Below the pieces are notes generated by a model that was given only the letters and a program-made list of their open reading frames with translations, was not told the DNA's origin and did no database searches. Positions 11,091 to 21,726 of a DNA stretch of 64,000 bases are shown one piece after another. The first letter of the stretch is position 1. Each line of letters starts with the position of its first letter. The stretch spans positions 186,001-250,000 of IMG/VR virus record IMGVR_UViG_3300020154_000003, one strand, 5' to 3'. Made by a program: the position numbers and the translations under genes.

Positions 11091-11452
11091 GTCTTACGAT
11101 TCAGGAGTGTATTCTTTAAGTGCTATGTGATAGTGTCCACTCTTTTCAGGTACAGGAATTTTAAGAATGGTGTCAACGCCATTCATTCTGTAAGCGAGTA
11201 ATGGCGCTCCAGCACCACCGAAAAAGTTTATCACTCCTGCGATATTTTTAAACCGACCATCTGGTTCAGCACAAGGTATGATTTCAGGCCATGATGTTGA
11301 ACGAGAGGAATTCATTACAACAACAAAATCTTTATCCGGGTATTCGTCCATAGCTAGTTTAAGGAACGATACTGCAGTACTCATAGGGATATTAATCCCC
11401 GCATAAATTTCACCATGATTCAAGATGGCTAATACCAGTTCCTTAATTGTTT

Positions 11453-11656
11453 TCATTTGATTAATTTCGGGAGATTCGGTTTCTTCATCCAAGCAGTAAC
11501 ACTTATCAAATTACCATCACGGTCTTCCCAATAAGGTTTCTTACGTTTGTCTGATGGAACTACATAGTGTGCTATGTCAACATCCGTTTCGAATGCGACA
11601 ACCAGTACATCCAACATTGGTTCTGGTGTCTTGCTTTTATCCGTTATCCACTTCAT
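11453..11656 (-). CDS. DUF551-like small phage protein
   Basis: MKWI...PE...DVLV...W...VTAWMKKP.LP. Confidence 0.55.
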   Translation of the reverse strand: MKWITDKSKTPEPMLDVLVVAFETDVDIAHYVVPSDKRKKPYWEDRDGNLISVTAWMKKPNLPKLIK

Positions 11657-11949
11657 TGACTTCGGCAGTTTGAGGTTGATCTTCGTAATAGCACATCGCG
11701 AAGGGGTTCATTTTGAAATCCTTCACGAATTGATATTGATGCTCAGGTGCAATGGCATCGAGTACCTTTCTGATATGGGGTGTATCGTTGATTAAAAAGC
11801 CACCTGTCATGAACTCCACACCATCTTTTTTAATTAGTGCCAAATGATTCTTCCTATTGATTCGGTTAGCCAACAGGGTTACTTCTTCGTAACCATTGGA
11901 GGTGGGAGTAATATGGAGAATTTTCATGGTTTTAAGGTGTTTTCAATAT

Positions 11950-11974
11950 TATACGCATTTCAATGAAAAATGTT
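11950..11974 (-). promoter_or_regulatory. Phage promoter AAC-N16-CGTATA
   Basis: Exact spacing; upstream of ORF 11637..11927. Confidence 0.75.
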
Positions 11975-12233
11975 ATTCAACTAAGAAATCATATAGATCG
12001 TTGACATAGCAAGCATAATTGTCATTCAACCCCCGCACCTCAGAATAGACATCGCGTTCAGATAGATTCTTTAATTGTCGTAATCTCGAATATTTAAAAT
12101 CATTCTTCTCCTTATCCCACACATCAACCCATTTGTTGCCATTCTGCAAATCTTCTCTGACTTTGGCAGAGTATCGATCTATAGGAAATCGTTTATAAAT
12201 AACGAAGGCTACATGTCTAAATTCCTCTTCCAT
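11973..12233 (-). CDS. Paralog family B small protein
   Basis: RYS...WVDVWDKEKNDF...LNDNYACYVNDLYDFL. Confidence 0.7.
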   Translation of the reverse strand: MEEEFRHVAFVIYKRFPIDRYSAKVREDLQNGNKWVDVWDKEKNDFKYSRLRQLKNLSERDVYSEVRGLNDNYACYVNDLYDFLVE

Positions 12234-12494
12234 TTACCGTGTCAATACATAAAATAACGTATTCACATAATCAGTGAATGCAACATTCATTTGGTGAACC
12301 CTATCCTTCAATATTGGACGCAAAGGCAGGTTTGCGATCTCATCTTCTGTCAAATAAACAGACTGATCAACCCAAGTTTGTCTCACTTTATCATACACGT
12401 CAAGGTAACTGCTACCATCACGATGATCGTAACGTTCTCGTATACAATACCTTTCTAAGGGTATCTCATCGAATATTTGTTCAATAGCATCCAA
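12234..12494 (-). CDS. Paralog family B small protein
   Basis: RYCIR...LDVYDKVRQTW...MNVAFTDYVNTLFYVL. Confidence 0.7.
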   Translation of the reverse strand: MDAIEQIFDEIPLERYCIRERYDHRDGSSYLDVYDKVRQTWVDQSVYLTEDEIANLPLRPILKDRVHQMNVAFTDYVNTLFYVLTR

Positions 12495-12570
12495 TCGAGT
12501 AAAAGTAAAGAAATTTGTTTATTTCACCAAATCCTTAATTAAGTAAAGGTTTTAGGTCGGTCGCAGTCAG

Positions 12571-12578
12571 TATTTATA
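12571..12578 (+). promoter_or_regulatory. Putative late-promoter motif TATTTATA
   Basis: 3 nt before ATG 12582; same geometry at 23822. Confidence 0.45.
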
Positions 12579-12581
12579 GAT

Positions 12582-13070
12582 ATGACAATAGTACTGATTC
12601 AATCCCTCATATTTTTAGCCTACATATCAATGGTTATTATTAGATTCGGGGTACTCCCATCAATTTCTGATTCGTGGTATGAATTGCAACCGAAAAAGCA
12701 ATCATACCTATTCACATTTTTTATTTGGGGATTGGCAGTACCAATGTTTTTCGTTGGTACGTTCTGGTATGCTTTGGCTTGTGGTTTTCTTTGTTTTGTT
12801 GGCGTTGCAACTCAGTTCAAAGAAGGTGGTATGACGAAGGTAGTACACAATTGGGGTGCTGCAGGAGGTATCGGGTTAGCTTTACTCGCGCTCTTAATTG
12901 AAGGATTCGTATTCCCGTTGGCGTTTACTTTGCTAGGTATAGCCTTCGTAGTTAAGAAGAAACTTCCCAACAAAATCTGGTGGATTGAAATTATTGCTTT
13001 TGTGAATATTGAATTGGCCTTAATCATAAGGGCAATCATTGAAGCTATCGATCCGTCAGTACTGCTTTAG
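12582..13070 (+). CDS. Multi-pass membrane protein (PSISDSWY motif)
   Basis: 5-6 hydrophobic segments; lone plus-strand gene. Confidence 0.7.
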   Translation: MTIVLIQSLIFLAYISMVIIRFGVLPSISDSWYELQPKKQSYLFTFFIWGLAVPMFFVGTFWYALACGFLCFVGVATQFKEGGMTKVVHNWGAAGGIGLALLALLIEGFVFPLAFTLLGIAFVVKKKLPNKIWWIEIIAFVNIELALIIRAIIEAIDPSVLL

Positions 13071-13523
13071 TGGTGTAGCAGATAGTAGATCATCGACTTC
13101 ACTAATCACACTCTCCACAGACATCTTATCAAACCATATGTCGTAATTCTTAGAAAACGAACCGGGAGGTGTTTTCAACATCTTTGCAGTATCAGGTATT
13201 TGATAAACGAATGGGTGATGCTTTGTAGCATTTGCTTCCATCGCAAGTTGATCATTGAACCATTGCTTGAACTCTTCCATTTTCATGCAATAGACTCTAT
13301 CCATGTGACGAATTCTTATTTTTCGTTTCATGATTTTATATATGTTTTTTTAAGACTTCTCGGACTTTTTTATGGAAGGTTCTACCTTTTCTGAATGATA
13401 CGGAGTGATTCGGTAGAACACCAAGCATTCCATGCTTGTTTAATACGCTATTCGCAGTATTTAATGCATTTTCCAAATGAACGATCTTCATTGCTAATGC
13501 GTATGATGTGTCGCCACGGTCTA

Positions 13524-14213
13524 TCATGTGGTTTGAGTTTTCATCCAGTCTTTAAAATTTTCATATACGTAATCCCAATCAGGATGTGTGATTTTTTCTC
13601 TCGCAGCATTAAAGGCTTTTTCTGCGATAGATAGTGGAACCATAATTTCTTGGAGAGGAATTATTCTAACCTCGTTACGTGAATTTAGTTTCACAACGAA
13701 ACCATCATATCCTTTCCAGTTATCGGTATCATAATCGCAAAGTACCGAGATACAACCGATGCGTCCATCGTTAGCACATACACCCTCAACCTCAAGCAAC
13801 ATCACGTCCTGATCTTTCATTCGTTCAATCTCCATATCACGGAAATGGTCAAATGAAAAGTTCTCTGGTTTAGCTAGTACTTTTTTCCATCCATACAACA
13901 TGGCGTGAGATACTGAGTTATGGGAATCAATAAGAAAAAATTGATTCTTGGCACCAACACCGTTCATGTTATATACATAATCCCCGATTTGAGGTTGTTC
14001 AGTGTCTGATACGAGCAGTGGCTTTAGAAATTTATTACCGATGTGTACCATGTGGTTTGATCGGATGTCGAAATCACAATTCTCTTTCAAGACTTCAACA
14101 GTCCAATTCACAAACACCAATCTAACATCAACAACATACAATGCTGGTCGTTTAAGGCGACCGTTTCCACGATCACTAGATAATCGAGCCTCCTTGATTT
14201 TTATCTCATTCAT
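13524..14213 (-). CDS. Paralog family A hypothetical phage protein
   Basis: KPLLVSDTEQPQIGDY...WKKVLAKPENFS...VKLNS. Confidence 0.75.
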   Translation of the reverse strand: MNEIKIKEARLSSDRGNGRLKRPALYVVDVRLVFVNWTVEVLKENCDFDIRSNHMVHIGNKFLKPLLVSDTEQPQIGDYVYNMNGVGAKNQFFLIDSHNSVSHAMLYGWKKVLAKPENFSFDHFRDMEIERMKDQDVMLLEVEGVCANDGRIGCISVLCDYDTDNWKGYDGFVVKLNSRNEVRIIPLQEIMVPLSIAEKAFNAAREKITHPDWDYVYENFKDWMKTQTT

Positions 14214-14525
14214 AAATCTTGTTGCCGTTGGTTTTTATGTTTCTGTATAGTCTCAACTAATTTCTTTATCTTATGATCAACATTTAAAGCTTCTGCTATC
14301 TTGTGGGAAACATTCGCATCTATTGCAATTTGTGCATCCTCCAAGTTGTCCCAAAAAGTAGTGAAATCATCATGAACCTTAAACGTTTTATCGCTCATGG
14401 ATTCCCATTTCGGTGATCCTATTGATCTTATGTCCCGGAAGAAATTAATACATTCCTGCTGACGTTTGGTCAGATCATCAACGATAGATATTAAACTTTC
14501 AGTTGTCATTTTAACACGTTTAAAG

Positions 14526-14682
14526 TGGCGAAGGGAGGGACTCGAACCCTCATTCTGTAGATCGGTCTTGCTCGTCTACAGCGTTGGTCTCAGCCTTGGG
14601 CAAGAAATCGTAAGCCTTTACCTCACGACCTATCCATATTGGCCTGATCCACAACTGCGTTTACCAATTTCGCCACCTTGCC
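14526..14682 (-). ncRNA. 157-nt tRNA-like RNA (class II, Leu-type body) with the anticodon arm replaced by an extended structured domain
   Basis: GGCAAGG/CCTT(C)GCC-A acceptor, D arm GCG-AAATTGGTAAA-CGC, ~70-nt insert closed by GTTG/CAAC, variable arm CTGTAGA/TCTACAG, T arm GAGGG-TTCGAGT-CCCTC. Confidence 0.75.
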
Positions 14683-14692
14683 AAAATATCTT

Positions 14693-15052
14693 TTAATTAA
14701 CTGAAATAAATTTCATAACCGCCCTATCATATTCTTTGAAGCCCTCACTGTTTTTAATGCTAACCCATTTCAAATAATCGTCAACTTTTTCAACGTCTTC
14801 TTTTCTTATCACATTCACTGTGATAAGCTTTTTGTGATTCATAAATTTATTCACATCGATAACTCCTTTGATGGTTGCCACATTTAATTTTCTTAATTGT
14901 GGTGTAGTAGCTGTCGTAATCACAAATCCCTTTGGTGGCTTACCTGATTTAACACAATCAATAAGAACCTCATTACTTAGTTTCAATTCTTCTATTGACG
15001 AATATATGATCTTAGGTTTATTCTTTACCTTCTTCGCCATTTCAATTACCAA
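14693..15052 (-). CDS. Hypothetical basic protein carrying the C-terminal tag
   Basis: Ends GFKEYDRAVMKFISVN. Confidence 0.6.
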   Translation of the reverse strand: MVIEMAKKVKNKPKIIYSSIEELKLSNEVLIDCVKSGKPPKGFVITTATTPQLRKLNVATIKGVIDVNKFMNHKKLITVNVIRKEDVEKVDDYLKWVSIKNSEGFKEYDRAVMKFISVN

Positions 15053-16018
15053 TTATTAAAGATGAAACGATATTTTTGATTGGGACTACCTATCTCCGCA
15101 ACTTCATCATTCTTAACGTTCATATAAACGTAATCTCGTCTAGTACCATCCACCGTCACTTCCTTAATGAACGAATGGTTACATTGGGCTTCAATTTGAA
15201 ATTTTTCTTCTTCATTGAAAAATGCTTTGAAGATTTCAAGCACATTACTATTACTTGAAATGTAATTGTCAATATAAATACCTGAAGGTTTCAGCGTATA
15301 GTGATACGCAATAATGCCTTTATAGTGGAACTGGTTAGAGATTAATTCCTGATAACTTCTCGCGCTTTTGTAATCGTTGGGCTTAATACCCCGTATAGGA
15401 AGATATATTGATTCCATACTTATGTGGGTTGTTACCATAACAACCGGCTCATTTATTGTATCAGTCATATAATTCTTTGAGTATGATTTTTCGACAATGA
15501 TTTTTTTCTTCAACGACAATCTCACCTGTCTTTCTATTTTTGAATTCGACTCGCTCTATCACACCACCATCAATAGGGAGTGGTATGATGTTTATCACTT
15601 CATGATCATGGAGAATGATTGTCATTCGAAGGTCTTCCTCAAATGGAAATTCCAACAAGAAATCACCAACATTACCCTTTTCAATTTCCTGACTGCTTTT
15701 AAGCCATTTGAAATTGGGTGTTTTAAGTTTTTGAACTGCAGCCTCCTTCATGAAGTCCAATACTTCATCTGGTATAGTGTGATCGGTCTTCCTGATCTTA
15801 GCCCATGCGTCAATAATGTCTCGTTCTTTCATATTAATATTTTCCTAAACCGACATAATCATCTTCTGGAACGTCAGTATAATCAAATTTGATGGTGATA
15901 GTTTTATTGACTTGATCAACTTCAATTATTTTATCCTCCCATCTATAGACCTCTCCATTTATGGTTGCCAAGCATTCATCCAATTCATTGGTGATTCGCT
16001 TTGCGATGTCTTCGTTTG

Positions 16019-16237
16019 TCATTTGATTAGGAAATTTTCAACTGAATCGCATGGAACTGTCGCAATACTCACAGTATAGAACCCCGAATGTGTGAATGAG
16101 GAAATCTGTGCAAAACATAATCCAGTACGATCATCCTTAAAATATGTGATTCTATCCTTTACTTCTTCGGATGTGCTAACTTCAGCATTGCAACTAATTA
16201 GTGTAATTGAGAGTAGAATTAGAATAATTTTTTTCAT
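16019..16237 (-). CDS. Small lipoprotein
   Basis: MKKIILILLSITLISC signal peptide II with lipobox. Confidence 0.65.
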   Translation of the reverse strand: MKKIILILLSITLISCNAEVSTSEEVKDRITYFKDDRTGLCFAQISSFTHSGFYTVSIATVPCDSVENFLIK

Positions 16238-16481
16238 TTAATTTCGTTAATCATTGCCTTCAATTTTGCTATTTCATCATTCAAAGCAACAATTGTGTTT
16301 GCCGCTAATTGATGGAATTTGGTGTACGCATCGCGCTGTAGTTTGGCTTCAATTTGATAGTAAACCAATCTATCATAAAGCCATTCCCATTCTTTGGCAT
16401 TCTCCAAAAGAGCATTAACATCCTGTCCATCAGGATGATGTTCCTTGATAAAAGAAAGAAATAATGGATTCATATGTGAAT

Positions 16482-16506
16482 TATACGTAAAACGTATAAA
16501 AATGTT
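16482..16506 (-). promoter_or_regulatory. Phage promoter AAC-N16-CGTATA
   Basis: Exact spacing; upstream of ORF 16234..16473. Confidence 0.75.
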
Positions 16507-16885
16507 TTTATTTACATAAAATACGTCTTTTTAACGTTTTTATGCTTTAAAAACACGGAAACCATATTTATTCACATATGGGTCGCTTTCCTCTTGCCAT
16601 TGAAGAGGATCAACGTGCTTGCGGGTTGGCTTGGGCAGGTCTTTAATGTCTTTGACAACACAATAATACTTGTCGTCAACCGCATACACTGCGCGGGTAA
16701 ACCTTCCGGGTTGGTAAGTGTAATCTCTGAGATCACGCATATCCATCCCTAAATGGGTGGCTAACGCCTCTTTGTTACTTTTCATAATCGGTTCAGTTAT
16801 AGGAAGGATCAAATATAGGATAAAATCTGGAAGAACAAATAAAACCCCATATTTTTATGGCTAAACCACCCTACGACTGGCAAGA

Positions 16886-16910
16886 TATACGGTAAATTCG
16901 TAGAATTGTT
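16886..16910 (-). promoter_or_regulatory. Phage promoter AAC-N16-CGTATA heading the left minus block
   Basis: AAC-AATTCTACGAATTTAC-CGTATA. Confidence 0.7.
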
Positions 16911-16956
16911 TTAAAATTTCTTACATGAGTTATCTTTTTTGTCTGAACGGTTATTA

Positions 16957-17064
16957 GTTTATTGTGTTGTACGATTTCACGTTTATTGTGTTGTACGATT
17001 TCACGTTTATTATGCGGAATAAGCTAATTTACGTACAGCAGAATAAGCTAATATCAGTACAATT
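16957..17064. repeat. 24-bp-period direct repeats in the divergent intergenic region
   Basis: GTTTATTGTGTTGTACGATTTCAC x2 (16957-17004) + GTTTATT; GAATAAGCTAAT at 17017 and 17041. Confidence 0.85.
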
Positions 17065-17110
17065 CTTAATTAAGTCGCGAAGAAAAAGTTAAAATATTTT
17101 ATAACTTCGT

Positions 17111-17135
17111 AACCTTTTTAAATAGTTTACGTTAG
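17111..17135 (+). promoter_or_regulatory. Phage promoter, GTAACCTTTT subclass (AAC-N16-CGTT)
   Basis: Heads the plus-strand block. Confidence 0.65.
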
Positions 17136-17161
17136 AATACGTATATTTAAATGTCATCAAA

Positions 17162-18001
17162 ATGAAAGAGATCAAAACTTGGAAGGAATTTTACGGCATC
17201 TTGAACCCAAAGTTTCATGGAAGCTTCAACCAGAAGGTCTACCGTAGACTTTTCTCGTATGCTGTGCGTAATGCCTTCACGGTTTACTCAGATGAGAAGA
17301 ATTACGAGTTTAAAAGAGTTAAAGGAAACTTCGAAACCATTTGTAGAGGTAGCCATTTGACCGATAGTTCGCGTTATACAAAAGTGCCAACTGGCTTTAA
17401 GGCTACACTGCTGCGTTGTATTAGTACTGGCTATGAAGTTCAAATGCCTTGGAAGGGAGGTATCGAAGCAATCAAAGATTCGAAAGGAAACTACAAGGTA
17501 GGTAACTTCACCCACTTCAATTCGATAATCAATTCAGGATTGGAGGATGTTGCATGGTCAGGTCGTAAGGATGATCTCGAAAGAGATTTCTATTACGATA
17601 AGAACTATATCGTGGAAGTAGAGTACAAACATGCAAGAAGCTACGCTCTGAAACTTGTCGTTAAGGATTTCTTATGGTACAAAAAAGGGCAGTTGATCGA
17701 CTTCTACTACCAGCACAAGAAGTTTAATTACCATGATCGTAATCCGTTAGATTTGTTTTACGGTAGCTACGCTCATTCGGTGTATAATGTGGGTAACGAC
17801 TCACTTGCGTGTGACCTGAATAAGGTTACGTTGGAGCAGTTGAAAGCAATCAACGTCTCGCCATACTCTTGTTCTAAACAGCAGTTTGGATGCCAGCGTG
17901 GTTGTACTTCTTACTGCTATGCCGATTCAAGCAACCGTGCGGACGCAGCACGTAAAGCATTCTTAATTAAGGTGTACACTGACCTAGGGCTTGGAAAATA
18001 G
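17162..18001 (+). CDS. 279-aa hypothetical protein, Cys-rich C-terminus
   Basis: First gene of the plus block; no family recognised. Confidence 0.7.
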   Translation: MKEIKTWKEFYGILNPKFHGSFNQKVYRRLFSYAVRNAFTVYSDEKNYEFKRVKGNFETICRGSHLTDSSRYTKVPTGFKATLLRCISTGYEVQMPWKGGIEAIKDSKGNYKVGNFTHFNSIINSGLEDVAWSGRKDDLERDFYYDKNYIVEVEYKHARSYALKLVVKDFLWYKKGQLIDFYYQHKKFNYHDRNPLDLFYGSYAHSVYNVGNDSLACDLNKVTLEQLKAINVSPYSCSKQQFGCQRGCTSYCYADSSNRADAARKAFLIKVYTDLGLGK

Positions 18002-18015
18002 TCCTAGGTTTTTGT

Positions 18016-18040
18016 AACCTTTTCATATATGTTACGTTAT
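18016..18040 (+). promoter_or_regulatory. Phage promoter, GTAACCTTTT subclass
   Basis: AAC-N16-CGTTAT; implies the next ORF starts at ATG 18062 rather than 18029. Confidence 0.65.
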
Positions 18041-18311
18041 TATCATTATAACAACAAAATCATGACACTCAATAGCTTACTCCACATACCAAAGACAGAC
18101 CTGAAAGCTAATGTCATCACAGGGTCGTTTGCTACTGTGGTTCTCTCATACTTCAAAGACAAGGGCGTAGAGGTGGTTAGCATCACTCCTGACGCATCCA
18201 AAACCTTTGACACCTTGGTGGTTATCTACAATGGTAAACGCAAGAAATTGAAGATCAATCGTGATGTCAGCGCATATAAAATTGGCAAGCGTATTGGTTG
18301 TGAAACTAAAT

Positions 18312-18336
18312 AACATATTCGAACTTTTTACGTATA
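18312..18336 (+). promoter_or_regulatory. Phage promoter AAC-N16-CGTATA
   Basis: 7 nt before ATG 18344. Confidence 0.75.
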
Positions 18337-18777
18337 AATATATATGAAAATCAAGGTATTTAGGTTCCTAATTAAAAACAAAAGTGTACTTGCAATCATC
18401 TATATAACATTGCTGGTTGCTCTGTGCCCGATACTGCATTTCGTAACAACCGCGAATTCGACAATAGGGTTTTATCTTTTCGGTTTCATGTTATCCCTCG
18501 TTTTGGTTCTGGCATGGCATATGACAATATTGTTTCCTGATCGTAGCAACCCTCATTTTTTTTAACCTTATGGCACGTACAACACGCGAGTTTAAAGGGA
18601 AAGAATACCCTGATAAATCCAAAAAGAAGCCTAAAGACAGAAAATGGTTCGGATGGCCTGAGGATTCATACGCTAGATTGGGTGGCCGCAATGGGAAAAA
18701 GAGAAGCTATGGTCACTTCAGTTCAATGGGTTCCCCCCGTACTGGTTCGAATTACAAGGTAATGAAAAACAAACCGA

Positions 18778-19143
18778 TTGACGATAATGAGTGATCACAT
18801 TATGAAGAAGCCTTGCAAGCATTGTCCCTACAGGAACGATGTTAAACCCTTTCTGACACCAGAGCGGGGTGAGGAACTTGCATATCTTGCTCAGAACCGT
18901 TACAACTCATTTCCCTGCCATAAAACCACTGTATTCGATGAAAATAGCGAAGAAGGCGGTATGATGGCGACCAGTGATTCTAAAACTTGTGCTGGTTTTG
19001 TTACCTTGCAATGCAACGAAGGCATGAGCATACCCAAGGGGTTCGAACCAGCTTTTGAAATCGTCTATACTGATGCTTGCGAAATGTCACAAGCCTATAG
19101 TGAGGAATATCGGGATGAAGCCCTCAATCCACAACATTCTTGA
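18778..19143 (+). CDS. DUF6283-like Cys/His metal-binding protein
   Basis: PCKHCPYR...FPCHK...CAG motif set. Confidence 0.5.
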   Translation: MTIMSDHIMKKPCKHCPYRNDVKPFLTPERGEELAYLAQNRYNSFPCHKTTVFDENSEEGGMMATSDSKTCAGFVTLQCNEGMSIPKGFEPAFEIVYTDACEMSQAYSEEYRDEALNPQHS

Positions 19144-19157
19144 ATTGTTTACGTATA
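19133..19157 (+). promoter_or_regulatory. Phage promoter AAC-N16-CGTATA
   Basis: Upstream of ORF 19181. Confidence 0.75.
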
Positions 19158-20051
19158 AGTAATTACAAACGCAAGAAACCATGAAAGATTTATTTTATTC
19201 TCACCACGAAGGCATCCTTTTTTACATTGGTGGTTATGAAGATACCACCAACGTTAAGACGATGATCTCCATCCTGCAGAATAATTACAACTTCTTCGAG
19301 AAGCTTGCTAAGGTGAAAGAAATTCACACTGACGTTATCACCAAATCCAGTAGGTACAAGAACATGCGAGTTTATTGGGCTGTAACTTCCGAGAGACCTA
19401 TAGACGCATTCGTGATAGGTGCGAATGATTCTTCAGATAATCTGAAAAAATGGACGATGCGTAAATGGTTGGAGAATTAAAGTATGCACAGCGAGAAGTT
19501 TTTATGGAGAAAAAATAATCCTTACGGTTTAAGTAAACCTGAGGCTGAACACATTGAACATTTCATGCAAAGGATGTTGGAAAGATTCAATATCATCATT
19601 TCCATAGGTGAATACTACGCCATCATAAACGACATCCAAAACAATAAGGCGAGACATATCTACAGCACCAATTCCTCAAATGGTATTTTTTCAATCAACT
19701 TGCATGGTCAAGAGGTTTGGGTCATGTATGGTGGGGTATCTGATGACATACCTGCTCGATTGAAAACTGCAATAAGACCACACGATCAATTTATCCTGCC
19801 TGATGCTTTATCCCACGTCTATAATCAAACGAGTTTTAGTAAGGCTGTTTATGAAGTTATTGAACAATTCAAACAACTCTCAGAGCAGATCGATCTAAAT
19901 GATAAGAAAATATTTTTTATGACCAGTAAAGCACATCCAGTACTCAAGAAAGGTGCTTTGATGTATAAGCAATACGGAGAGAATTGTGACAAACTACATT
20001 TTTATTCGATGGCTATCCGACATTTAATTCGAGAAAATCAAGTAAAAGTGT

Positions 20052-20076
20052 AACCTTTTACTGCTGGTTCCGTATT
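20052..20076 (+). promoter_or_regulatory. Phage promoter, GTAACCTTTT subclass
   Basis: AAC-N16-CGTATT upstream of ORF 20098. Confidence 0.65.
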
Positions 20077-21544
20077 AATACATATAAACAAACAGTCATG
20101 GATTACACGGATTACAAAAAAGAAACAGCATCAAAGAATGCTACCGCCATCTGCGATTTGCTAAATTCTAGTGGTGCCTATCCGATGGAAACAGGTAAGG
20201 CCATCACGAATGAACATCGCTATCTTCAATCAGAGTTCTGGAACGTGGTTGAAGGGTTCATCCAAGAATCGGCTGTCAGACATGCTGCAGGATATTACGA
20301 TGATCGCAATTCATATGCAGTAAAAATGGCTGCAAAGATTGCTCCCCTCCTTGATCAATTCAGACAAGAAATCGCAAACGAAAGAAGTAAATAATTATGA
20401 AAAAGCCAGTAAGTATAGCATTGGAATTTCTTGCACAGAGAAATCCGTTCGATGTGTCTCAAGCAGAATGGGTAATTATGCTCATGGACTTTACAGACAT
20501 TCATGGTGAGGATGCTCTCATTGCTTTGGCAGGATTTTACATCTACGCCATTAAAGAGATGGGAGAGAAAAGCACCCATGCGATTAAATCTACTTTCATG
20601 CATGACGTGATGGGTAGGAAAGATCGTTTCATGTGCCCTCGCTCATCAGCTTACGGAGAAATTTTTCGTACAGAATTTAACCTTGCAGCATAACCATGAA
20701 AATCGAGAAATTTAATTGTGGCGACAGTTTCCGGGCCAAGTACTTCAAAGGTCTGGTCACCGTGAAAAGTGTTCTTGACAAGGACAACATACTCAAAGTC
20801 GAAATCGATCCTCAGGAAAAGGGCCGCTTTACTTGGGAAGAAGATTGGGATTTGCAACACACCATTTGGGGATTCGAACGTGGAGATTATAATCTTTATA
20901 AGCCAGCACCCGTGAAAAGCGAATTTGATTCTGCTCTTGACGAATACGTTAAGTATCATATCGATGAAGCTTGGAGAGATGAAAAAGAGCAAAAGGCTTT
21001 AAAAGCCAGTGACGGTACTGTCTCGTATCTTGACGTGTTAAGGCAAAACGTGATGAATGCTGCCGTTAAAGAAAGTATCCCGCTCCTTAACTTAGATTAA
21101 TTCCAATGGACGAATTAGTTAATTTCAACTTTGAAGTGATTGTCAATCTTTCAAACGGAGAAAATGCTGCTTGCGGTGCAATGTCATTTAAGCAGGTAAG
21201 GCGAGTGATGGACTCAGTACAAGAGTTCAAATCATCCAAGGGGATAAGCATTGTAAATGCAGAAATATACCCACAAACGGCTAAAGGTCGCCATCAAATG
21301 GAAAAAGATTTCGCGATCATGAACGCATCAGGAAACATCAATCACTATTCTTTTAAAGAGAAAGTCCCAACACAGACCGTTGAAATATGATTTCTAAATT
21401 GCGCTACTACGACTATATTGCATTTCTTGTCGGCATATCACTTGCTGTCTTTACACAATATTTCTTCAAATTACCGGGAATGTTCATATGGGCGTTTGTC
21501 TTGATTGAAGTTGTAATTTACTTAAGATTAAGACCATTATCGTA

Positions 21545-21569
21545 AACATTGTCAGAAATTTTACGTATA
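21545..21569 (+). promoter_or_regulatory. Phage promoter AAC-N16-CGTATA
   Basis: Exact spacing; drives a unit with no real ORF. Confidence 0.7.
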
Positions 21570-21574
21570 TTTAA

Positions 21575-21695
21575 GTCCTAAGTATTTCTTATTTGTAGAA
21601 ATCATTTTATTAAATCTAATGTTACAGCCATGAAAAAGTAATTGATTTAAGTTGTTGAACGAAAACCCCGAATTATGTTTGGGGTTTTTTCGTTT
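21575..21695 (+). ncRNA. Candidate ~120-nt small RNA containing an MKK minigene
   Basis: Own promoter and an intrinsic terminator AACGAAAACCCCGAA/TTTGGGGTTTTTTCGTT; no ORF longer than a few codons. Confidence 0.45.
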
Positions 21696-21701
21696 ATATG
21701 T

Positions 21702-21726
21702 AACCTTTTACTGCCGCATCCGTTTA
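21702..21726 (+). promoter_or_regulatory. Phage promoter, GTAACCTTTT subclass
   Basis: GTAACCTTTTACTGC is identical to the 20050 copy; AAC-N16-CGTTTA. Confidence 0.65.

Noticed and set aside
1219-14213. Diversity-generating retroelement behind the paralog families
   Set aside because: No reverse transcriptase and no near-identical TR/VR nucleotide repeats were seen in the window
16957-17064. CRISPR array
   Set aside because: The repeats are directly adjacent with no unique spacers, and there are no cas genes in the window
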